Positions 52,440 through 64,000 of a DNA stretch of 64,000 bases are shown here, in pieces. The notes under the pieces are model-generated. The model saw only the letters and a program-made list of their open reading frames with translations. It was not told where the DNA came from and made no database searches. The DNA is from Neocallimastix sp. 'constans' (lineage: Eukaryota). Every line of letters begins with the position of its first letter. Position 1 is the first letter of the stretch. The position numbers and the translations under genes are program-made. The DNA lies in assembly GCA_050613775.1 (NCBI GenBank), contig JBODTK010000159.1, positions 248,001 through 312,000 of the forward strand, read 5' to 3'.

Positions 52440-52721
52440 ATGTAAACATAATTATTAAAAGCTTTGTATTTTTTTAAAATAATGAAAGGAATATTCTTTA
52501 AAAATAAAATATTCTTTTAAAAATAAAGTTCTCATTAAAAATAAAATATTAAATAAAAGTTTTATTAGAATAGAAAAAATTCTAATCTTTTATGTTTATT
52601 TGTTTAACGTTTTCGTTAATTTAATTAATCATATGGTAATACGCCACAATATGTAAAAGAAAAATAAAGGACATCACATTAGTTTAAAGCTTTCATTGAC
52701 TCTATTGACATATTCTAACTC

Positions 52722-53190
52722 TTTTTTTTTCTTTTTTTCTTTTTTTTTAAGATTCAGATTAACAAGGGAGTTTCCAGTCTCTCCTTTAAACTTATAAGAC
52801 ACTCATTAGATTCTTTGCTATATCATTTCGGTGTTAAGTATCTCTCTAAGCAAGGCTTTCCCTAGCGGCGTATACGCCACTTTATACGACGGGCTATTTT
52901 TCAGTGATCTTCCATAATTACTAATAATATAGAATTATTATTATTATTATCTCTTGAACCATTATCGAGGAAGAAACAACTACACTAATCCTCTCACAGA
53001 TCAAGTGCTCTCTGCAATAGCAATAATATAGTCAAGAAACAGGAATACATACCATGACGAGCAAACACTAACTTCATTTATTGTGAAAAGCACCCTGAAA
53101 AGATGAAAATGGTCTCATATAAATTCAAAAAGTAGTCAATCTAGAAACCTTATGTATGTAACTCCCGAGTACTAACCACAAGTATAAAAA
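52722..53190 (-). mobile_element. SINE-like element, copy 3 (diverged)
   Basis: Reverse complement contains tgcagagagcacttgatctgtgagaggattagtgtagttgtttcttcctcgat and tttaaaggagagactggaaa, ends in an A-tract; weak tRNA-like head (tatacttgtggttagtactcgggag) near 53185. Confidence 0.75.
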
Positions 53191-53564
53191 CTGGAAAGAT
53201 TCTAAAATACTTTAATATAATTTAAATTAATAATAAAAAAATTTTATAGTTTTCAATATATAAGCATAAAAATTTAAATTATATTTTTTTATTTAAGCTT
53301 TTATGTAAAATTTTAAAGTTTAAATTTTATGAACATATAAATATTAAGAATTTAATTATAATTATAAAAAATTAAATAATTTAATAATTGTAGTTATATA
53401 AAATAAAATATTTAAATATGATTTTCTTTTTTATGATAAACCAAGAAATAAAATTGTAAAAAAATTTTATATAGTAAAAAAGTATATTATTTTTATGGCA
53501 ATTTATTAATAAACAAATATATTGTATTGTAATATCATATTTATCATATTATCATATTATTTTT

Positions 53565-53602
<38 letters not shown>

Positions 53603-53893
53603 TTAGTATATATTCTAGGAGATGAAACTCTGATACAAAGATAGAATAATAATGAAATTGTATTTAAAAAAATAATAATCTTTTAGTCTTTTTAATTAAA
53701 CTAAATCAAAGAAGATATTAAATTTCGTATATTAAATTTAAATAAATTTATGAAATTTTAATAAAATAAACCAGATTTTTATAATATAAAAAGATTATTG
53801 TGTTGTAGAAAAGTTTCAATATTACATTTAATTTAATACAAAAAAAAAAAAAAAAAAATTATATTATATTATATTAAATTATACAATGATATA

Positions 53894-55165
53894 ATGATAC
53901 AATTAAAATTATTTATAATATTAATTATATTAATATGGAAAAGTATAGCTATCGATGTAATTATTCCTGACGATGGATATGAATTATATGAAATTAATAA
54001 AATATTAGAAAAATATTCGGTTAAATATAATAATATTACCATTTATATTAATGCTGATCGTTATTCATTAACTATATTAAGAGAAATAACTATATTAATA
54101 CCTGCCAATACGAATGTATCAATTATAGGAAAACCATCATCATTATCACATACGGTATTTGATTATACTGTAGGATTTTTTAATTTTAATATTATCTTTA
54201 TAGAATATACAGCTCAAACCGTAACATTTGAAAATATAGAATTCTATAAGTTTCATAATCCAAGACCCACAGATATTACAAATATATTTTATTTATCCTG
54301 CATAGATGTTAATTTTAAAATTCAATTTAAAAATTGTGTATTCATTGATAGTAATACAGTGATATTAAAATTAGATATAAATAAACACCAATATATTGGA
54401 GAAACTACAAATTCAATAAATTTTCAATCATGTATATTCAGGTAAACTATTATTAAAAAATATATGTAATTTATTATTATTCATTATTCATTATTCATTA
54501 TCCATTATTTATTATTTATTATTCATTATTCATTATTCATTATTCATTATTCATTATTCATTATTCATTATTCATTATTCATTATTCATTATTCATTATT
54601 CATTATTCATTATTCATTATTCATTATTCATTATTCATTATTCATTATTCATTATTCATTATTCATTATTCATTATTCATTATTCATTATTCATTATTCA
54701 TTATTCATTATTCATTATTTTCATTATTTATTATTTTCATTATTTATTATTTTCATTATTCATTATTCATTATTCATTATTCATTATTCATTATTCATTA
54801 TTCATTATTCATTATTCATTATTCATTATTCATTATTCATTATTCATTATTCATTATTCATTAATTATTATTTATTATGTATTATTTATTATTTATTATT
54901 TATTATTTATTATTTATTATTAAGAGAAATAAATAAAAATGGAGTGTTTTTTTTGAATAATGAGAGTATTGATGTATTAAATAAGGTTGGATTTGTTATT
55001 GAGAATAGTGATTTTTACAATTGTTCAGATATTATAAAAATGGATTATGGAATCGTAAAATTTAAGAATTGCAAGTATTAACATATAAAATATTATAAAA
55101 TTAAATATTAATATATTAATATTAATTGCAATAAAAAAAATAATTCAATAATATTAATATATTAA

Positions 55166-55197
<32 letters not shown>

Positions 55198-58100
55198 ATT
55201 AAATTATAATATTAAATATTTTAAATTATATAGGCTATTTTGATAATATATCTTCAACACTTAACAGTTTTATTTTTGCTAATATGAAATTTAGCGCTGA
55301 ATTATTTCTTGAAAATAGTAATATTAAAAACATTAATATATCTAATCCCACAGTACCATTCATTAAATCATATGGAAATTTAATAAGGTTATTTTTTTTG
55401 TTTGTTTTTTTATTATCAATTAAATATATTTTTATATAGAAAATATAAATAACAAATAAAAAAAAATAACAAAATAGTATAAAATATTAAATAAATATAT
55501 TAATAATATTATAATAGATTCGATAATGTTACAATGACAAATGCAAATACCAAAATTGGATATTTAATAAGTACAAGATGGGGGAATGAAAGTATTATAG
55601 ATACGATATTCAATTCATGTATATTTGATAGTTAGTAGAGGATAATTCCATATAGAAATATGTACTTATTTATACTATATATACATATATATATAATATA
55701 TTCTAAATTTAAGTTTTTTTTATTTTAAATAATATATAATAAAAAAATGAAATAGATATTAGTACATTGATTATTGGAGAAAGAGCAAGAGTTTATTTAA
55801 ATAATTCAATATTTAAAAATATAAACAAACCAAATTATTTTGCTGCAATAACAGATTTAAAATATGGTGAAACCCATTTAAATAATTGTGAAATTAAAAA
55901 CATAGAGTATATAAATTTTTAATTACTTATTTATAAATTTAAAATATGTATTTATTTCTTAAATAATTATAAAAATTATATCTTTTAAAAACAAAAATTT
56001 AATAATAATGAATATATATTTACTTAAATATATATTTTTTATAAAATTATTTTTTTTCCTTTTTTTTTCTTTCTATTTTTATTTTTTCATTTCGTTATTG
56101 TTTATAAATATATATATATATTAGTCTATATGGAACTTCATTTTTTAATTCCCAATCCTTAATTACTATAAATAATACTAGAATAGATACAATTTCAACA
56201 AACTATCGATCAATTATAAGCACAAGTTATAATAATTTAATATTATATAATGTTGATATAAGGAATATTAATCTCTATGGTGATATTAATGAATCCTTTT
56301 TAATGTCTATTGAAGGATCAAATATTATTAATAATAATAAAAGTATAATTTTTCAAAATGTTAAAATTTCAGATATTCAGTCCAATGGAAATGTTATTAA
56401 AATAAATGGAAAATATGTAGATATTCAGTGGAATAATGTCACCATTACTAATTCATATTCGAATGGTTCTTATTTAAAAAGTGATAGTGAAAATGTAATA
56501 ATTTATTTACATATATATTTAAAATAATAAATCCATTTAAAAAAAAAAAAAAAAAAAAAAAAAATTCTATTAAAAAATTATTCATATATTTATAATGTTA
56601 TTATATAATATAAAATAATATATTTATATTAAGATCCACTTTCAAGTGAACCACTTTAACTTCAGTAATAATATTAATACTAATAAATTAGAAAATGGTT
56701 TTTTCCACTTTGAAAATAGTATGGTGATAAATATAAAAAATTCGGGATTTTATGATAATAAATCTCAGTCTACTGGTATTTTGTAAATAAATGTTTTACC
56801 ATTATGATACTTAATTTAAAATAATGTATTGTTAATTAATATTATTTAATTTTTATTAAATTTTTAATAAATAATAAATATATATATTTAAAAAAAATTA
56901 AGATATTTAAATAATATCGAAAATATTAATTTAGTCGTTGATCATAGTAATTTTGAAAATAATGAATGTGTCTTTAATGGAGGAATAATTTACTTTAATA
57001 ATGATAAAGATATTGATATTGATAATACTACTATCAAGAAAGTGAGTATTATTAATTCAATATTTAAAATGAATAAAGTAAAATACTTCGGAGGTGTTTT
57101 TTATTTAAATATTAATAAAACATATGACATGACTATCAAAGATAATATATTTTTCAATAATTATGCAGGAGTTGCTGGTGGTGTAGCTTTTTTTGAACAT
57201 ATAAATAAAAATGCAGAAAATATTATCTTTCTTCACCAAAGTAATAATAACAAAAATAATACATTATTAAACAATACAGCCATATCCCATGGTAGTATAT
57301 TTGCTACTCATCCTTCACAAATTATTAAATCAAATACTGAACTTGAAAAATTGGATATAAATTCAGGAGGATCCATAGTATTTACTATTTCTCTTATTGA
57401 TACATTAGGGAATAATATATCTGATGAAGAAAGATATTACTCAAATATTGGTATAGATGCCAAACTATATGATGAATCCTATAATGAAGTACATAATTAT
57501 TATATACCAGAAATTAACAATATATTTTTTAATGGTAAAATTTAATTAATAAATGAATAAATATTATATTTTTATATTTCTATATATATTTTCTCTTATT
57601 TCTTTTTTATATTAATTTTGTTAACACTATTAATTTAAAATTATAAAATAAATATTAGGTACAATAAAAATTAATTCCTTAACAATTTATACTAAGAATC
57701 CTGGAATTTATATATTGGAAGTGTCCCCTAAACAAAATGATCTTAATATATTAAAACAATTAAAAGAAACCAAAGTAACTTATAAAGTTAACATTAGTGA
57801 ATGTCCATCCAATAATATTAAGCTCTATACTGAAAGGGATGAATTATTTTATTGTGAGGAACCAATATGTAGTAAAACTTGTATATTAAAAGAGCATTAT
57901 AGTTGTATTAAAGGAAATGACCAGGTGAATAGTCCATTATATAATATATGTCCTTGTGAAAACGGATGGAAAGGTGATTTATGTAATGAAAAAGTTTTCT
58001 ATGATATAAGGTATATATAAATGTGATAAAAATAAAAATAAATTAATTGCTTTTTTTATTTTCTTTTAATATATTTTTTTATGCTTATTAAGTAAAAAGT

Positions 58101-58948
58101 GGTTTACTATTGAATATCTTTAAGCAAATAAATATAATATTATAACGTTTTTTTTTAAGTATTAAAAAAAAAAAAAAAAAAAAAAAATTAAAAAGTTTTT
58201 TTTTTTACTTATATTACTAATAAATTTTAGTGAAGAAAAAAATTTTTATGAAGTGTTGGCTTCTTCTATGAGAATCTTAATTATTTCACTTACCGTGTAT
58301 GTTTTATTTAATAGAAAAAATACTATTATTCAAGATTTTGGATTATCATCTTATCTTTGCATTTCTCTTGGTTTTTTTATTAAGAATGAAAGTATCTATT
58401 ATATGACTACTGACAGTATAAAAAATTGTTATTTATATATTGTATTTCAGTATGTTGGATTTATGCTCATTTTCATTCCATTTACCATTAAGTTAATTAT
58501 AACATCAACCTATACCTTAAATTTTGATAATTCTAAAAGAGATTTTATTTTAATGAGTAATATATTTACACCTTCACTATTAAAATCTATGTTTTTATCA
58601 ACAGAGTTCTTTCTTAATAACAGTTATTATGAGTATCTGCATAAAAAGAATCTTAATTATTCAAATTCTCTGAGAATGAAAAGAAGATTTTCTCTTAATA
58701 GCATAGTAAATGATGATCTTTCTTCTAAACATAATTCAATTTCTAAAAAACTTGAATCCTCTGCTTTAAAAAGTAACTCTGCTAAAAACAAATATAGAAT
58801 AAGTACTATTTTCTATAATAATGAAAAAATAAATAATAATCAGGATAAAATTAATAATAATAATAATTATTATAACGGAAATGATAATAATAATGAAAAT
58901 AATACAAATAAAGAAAATAATGATGATGGAAATAGTAATAATGATGAA

Positions 58949-59027
<79 letters not shown>

Positions 59028-60157
59028 GAAATAATAATAGAAATAGTAATAATAGTGAAAATGATGATGATAATAATAATAATAATAGCAAAAAAAAAGA
59101 AAAGGTAGCCAATATGGTTAAATTTAATTCGGTGAATAATGTTAATACAAATAATTCTGAGAGACTATCTACTATGACAGATATAAGTAATTCAAACTTA
59201 ATATTAATGGATTTAAAATATAGAGCAAATTCGGAGTCTTCCTTTAAATTTGATGATCAATATCCAATTAATAAATTTGAAACAATTGTTACATTGACTT
59301 ATATAGAAATCATGTCATTATTATTAATATTTTTTATTACTTCAATTATAATAATAATTTATATAATTGTCATAAATCGAAAAGAAATAGATGTAATACA
59401 AATGCTTAATGGATTATTTAACTATGTTTGTCCAGTGACAAATACTCCCATAATTATTAATATTATAGAATTAATATTATTGTTATATCACGTTTCTAAA
59501 ATGAAAACAGTATTCAGTGGAAGATATATTTATATGGAAAGTAGATTTATATGTTTAATATCTATTTCATGGATTATACTGGATCCTGGAACAAAAGTAG
59601 GTTTTCTTTCTTATAAACCAATATATTATTAAATATATGATACTTTTTAAGTTCATGTATATATTTATAATTGTTTTGTTCAATTTATTTATACTTTTGT
59701 TTCATATATATATATATATATTTATATATATTATTTATATTTATATATATTATTTATATTTATATAGCTTATGACATATTCTCTTTTATATAATAATAAT
59801 GATATGTTAATTTCAGTTCAATTCTACACTAATATCATATTTAGTTTTGTCATGATATTTACCTACTATGTGTATTTGATATTTGTTTTAATTATAGAAA
59901 AAGGAAATGATCGAATGTATTATTTCGTTAATATTCCTAGCATTAAATGTATAATTCACAATTGTTACACCTGTAACTGTACTAGAGTAAAAAAAATTAA
60001 TTCTTATTCGAAAGAAGAAATTCAAAGTGTCAATGAATATATTGGCTTTTATAATAAATATTATTCTGCTAAAACAATTATTTATAATATTCGAATTATA
60101 ATAATAGCAAAAATTAATGAATATCGATTTAAAAATCTTAATTCAAATTCAAAATAA
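53894..60157 (+). CDS. Large receptor: signal peptide, pectin-lyase-like beta-helix repeats, EGF-like domain, 7TM (class C GPCR-like), multi-exon
   Basis: Signal peptide; repeated FxNCxF and NxAxxGG beta-helix motifs; Cys-rich CEEPICSKTC...ICPCENGWKGDLC; multiple TM helices interrupted by a poly-Asn loop. The exon junctions I checked splice in frame. Confidence 0.8.
54475..54920. repeat. (TTATTCA)n heptamer array in the first intron of the receptor gene
   Basis: Direct reading. Confidence 0.9.
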
Positions 60158-60219
60158 TTACAAACAAATAATCATATATATATAAATAATATAAGCATTT
60201 AGTTCTATCTTTAATTTTT

Positions 60220-60262
<43 letters not shown>

Positions 60263-60913
60263 AATTTAGTTTATTTTAATTATATAATTATTTAGAGTCA
60301 ATAATAAAAATAATATCAATATATATTTTTTGAATATTAAAATTGTATATTGTTTTGGTATATTATTTATTACAAGATAAATTATAATTTATAAATAATT
60401 CAAATGTATAACAAAAAAGTACAATTAATATATTATAACATTATCAATCATAAAATAAAATATATAAATAAATAAATTAAAACATATAAAAAAAAATAAT
60501 ATATTAAAAAATAGTATTAATAATTAATAATGTTAATAATAGTTAAGTTAGACAGAATAAAGATAATTATATATATTTAATTTTTTCCTTTTTTATTATT
60601 ATTTTATTTGCTATTTCATTTTAAATATTTTATTATTTTTTGTTATATATTCTTGTTATTTATTTAATTATAACTTTTTTTCAATAAAAAAATTAACAAT
60701 TGATAAAATATAAAAACAAAAATAAACAAAAAAAATATAAAGCCTTTTAGTATAAAATATGAAAAAGGTTTCAATTAATTTTTTTGTCTCTTTTATTTAA
60801 AGTTAATTGAAAATATAATTTCATTTATAATTTCATTTCCAAATATAATTAAAATATCTTTTTATCTGTATTTAAAAAATGTAAAATAACGTAAATGATC
60901 ATAAAATTTTATT

Positions 60914-60936
60914 GGAAAAATCTAGAAATATATAAA
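60914..60936 (+). promoter_or_regulatory. Possible heat-shock element next to a TATA-like sequence
   Basis: gGAAaaaTCtaGAAa has one mismatch to nGAAnnTTCnnGAAn and is followed by tatataaa, ~570 bp upstream of the Hsp20 ATG; could be chance. Confidence 0.3.
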
Positions 60937-61493
60937 AAATATAAAAATAAAAAAATGGAAAAAAATATATATATTAAAATTAAATATTAAAATTAAAGAA
61001 ATATAAAAAAAATTAAAATATATTAAAATATATTAAAATATATATTTTAATATAAATTTATATAGTTTTACTGTATTACATTTATTTTTTATTATTAAAT
61101 ATAAGGAGAAATTTAATAAAATATAAAATAAATACAAAAAAAAATATATATATATATAAAAATATATATATATAAAATTATTTATAAAGACTCTTTTATG
61201 GATAAAAATTTTTACTTTACTTTTTAATATATTATCTTTTATGGATAAAATATATAAAATATTATTTAAAAGAAATTTAATAAAAAGAAAAAAGAAAAAA
61301 AACTCCAAATATTATAAATATTGCCTTTTTTCCACAATTTTAAAAAAAATTTTTTTTTTCTTTACCGAATTTATTGTAAAAATAAAACTATAATTAATAT
61401 TCATATAATAACTAACAAACATACAAAAAAAAAAAAGTATTTAATACAATTAAAATACTAAAATCATTATTACAACAATATTAATGATAGTAA

Positions 61494-62102
61494 ATGAGTG
61501 TAATTCAACGTAAATCATATTCTGAAAGCAAACTAACTCCTTTCGATAAATTGTTCATAAAAGAATTTGCAAATGAACCCTTATTTAATGATCATAGACA
61601 TCAACATCATTTTATTTTAAAGGATGTACATCTTCCACATCATTTATTACAACACCATCATCATCATAACTTATTTAATAAAATAAAAAAAGAAATAGTC
61701 AAAACTTTTAATAAGAATAATAGCTACACGTTAGAAGATTTCTTACCAAGATTTAATTTCAGTGAAGATAAAAACGGTTATTACCTTCATGCTGATTTAC
61801 CAGGTGTAACTAAGGATCAAATTAACATAGAAATAATTGATGATATTCATCTTCTTATTATTTCTTGTGAAAAAAAAATAATGAATAATGATTCCAAAGA
61901 TAGTAATAAAAAAATAAAAAAGAATAAAAATAAATATTCAAAGGTAGAATGTTGCTTCGGTCGTTTTAAAAGATCTTTCCAAATTCCAGAAAATGCTGAT
62001 CTTCAAAGTACTCAAGCGAAAATAGAAAATGGTATTTTAGAAATGTCTGTGAAAAAAATAAGAAAGAATAATGATCATGTTCATAGAATTGAAATTCAAT
62101 GA
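61494..62102 (+). CDS. hsp20: Small heat-shock protein (Hsp20/alpha-crystallin family)
   Basis: YLHADLPGVTKDQINIE, ECCFGRFKRSFQIPEN and AKIENGILEMSVKK motifs. Confidence 0.93.
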   Translation: MSVIQRKSYSESKLTPFDKLFIKEFANEPLFNDHRHQHHFILKDVHLPHHLLQHHHHHNLFNKIKKEIVKTFNKNNSYTLEDFLPRFNFSEDKNGYYLHADLPGVTKDQINIEIIDDIHLLIISCEKKIMNNDSKDSNKKIKKNKNKYSKVECCFGRFKRSFQIPENADLQSTQAKIENGILEMSVKKIRKNNDHVHRIEIQ

Positions 62103-62672
62103 ATTTACTTTAAAATATATTATTTAAAAAAGAAAAGAGAAAATAAAATATAATTAAAACATTTTTTTAATTTTTTCTTTATTATGTGTATTTTTAATTT
62201 TAATTTTTATTATAAATATTATTACATAAAAATTCTTGTTATTTTCTATTTCTTCCTAACATTAATATACAATACCAAAATTTATAAATATATATATATA
62301 TGTTAGCATTCAATAAATTTAAATTTTAATAAATAAATGAACAAATAAAAATAAATTGAAAAATAATAATAATACAAAAAATATAATTGTTTAATATCTT
62401 TATAAAATTAATTTATTTAAATTTATATATACAATTTATATAAACCATATATATATATATATAGAATTTTACATAATTTGACATAAAAAAGTTCATTTTT
62501 AATTTTTACCATATTTCTTTTATAATATTAAATCATCATATTTTTATTATATAAAATGTTAAATTATATATATTTAATTGACTTTATTAATATTTATATT
62601 AATTTTATTTTACTTAATTTTGTTGTTATTGGAAATTCTTTTTTTTTTTTTTTTTTTGTATTATATTTTCAA

Positions 62673-62715
<43 letters not shown>

Positions 62716-64000
62716 AATGGTATTAAATAATTTATTACTTTTATATTACTTTACATTAACATAATTTACTAAATATGGTATAAGATGTAAATTTTAATTA
62801 ATAAAATATCTGGGGATAAGCAATGTCCATTGGATATATTTTTAATATAATAATAATAAAATTTATAAAATCATGACACTTAAATTATAAAGAAAAAAAA
62901 ATTTTTTTTCTTTCGTTTTCCTATTTTTTCTTCTTTTTTTAATAACAAAATCAGTTATTGAGTTAATAAGAATATATTAAATTATAAATAATTTAAAATT
63001 GTTCAAATTTTATAAATATATATATATTATATTTCTGTATTTATTTTTCCTTAATATATCTATTATTCTTGACCTTACTAATTAAAAATGGTTCTGAAAA
63101 GTTCTTTTCTTAAAATGATTTTATTTTTATTTTTATTTTTATTTTTTATTAAATCAAAAGTCCAATTTTTTTGTGTATGGATAGAACTATTAATAATAAG
63201 TACATTTAAAAAGTAATATAATATTTATACAAGAAAATATAATTTTTTGAAATGATTTTATATATATATATATATATATTATTACATTTTATTATTATTA
63301 TTTATATTTTTATAAGTTATATTAAATAATATATATATATATTATAATTATTACAAATTATTAATACTTTATATTTTCCTCACATATGAATTTTATGTAT
63401 AATTAAGGTTGAAAAATAAAAATTAAAAAAAAAAAAAAAAAAAAAAATACTTTATTTTTTTTGTATAATGTTAAACTTATTATGTTATTATTTTAAATAT
63501 GTATTATTAATAATATATATTTACATTAATTTTATATATATTTTTTATATATTTTGTATTGTTATTATTAATATATATATTATTTTTCAAGAACTATGGT
63601 AATTATAAAATTAATTATTAGTTCTATATTATTTTATTATCAAATTTTACAAGATTTACCAAATATAGAATATGGTATAGGATGTTAATCTAAATTAAAA
63701 ATGTACCACATTGTTTATCCCTAAATATTTTATTAATTTAATTAATAAAACTTATAAAAACATGACACTTTAAATAAAACTATAACTTTTTTATTTTATT
63801 ATTCTATTTTTTTTTTTTTTTTAACTTTTATATATATAATCTATTGTTGATTTAATTAGTAATTTAAAGTTTTTTAGATTATATATATATATTGTTTCTG
63901 TATTTATCTTCAGTAATCATATTTATTATTGAGTATTTTAATTAAAAATTATTCAATATATATATTTTTTTTACATTGATTTTATTTTTTTTTATATAAG

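Overview
Extremely AT-rich, intron-containing eukaryotic DNA. The composition, short AT-rich introns, long microsatellites and a beta-helix/EGF/7TM receptor suggest an anaerobic gut fungus (Neocallimastigomycota); this is inference. Genes: (1) a secreted LysM + secretory phospholipase A2 fusion with one in-frame stop; (2) a 3026-aa intronless multi-pass membrane protein with a C-terminal PelF-like GT4 glycosyltransferase, resembling the galactosaminogalactan synthase Gtb3; (3) an RGS protein ending in a CaaX box; (4) a 4-exon hypothetical gene; (5) a SUN-domain protein; (6) an AKTIP/Fts-like inactive E2; (7) a large beta-helix/EGF/7TM receptor with a GC-AG intron; (8) an Hsp20. Intergenic space holds a 5'-truncated LINE with a 15-bp target-site duplication (TSD), an older relative of it, internally deleted Gypsy and Copia elements, a MULE-like relic, three copies of a tRNA-headed SINE-like family, a perfect 7x70-bp minisatellite and many simple repeats. 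All domain calls come from motifs recognised by eye, not from database searches.
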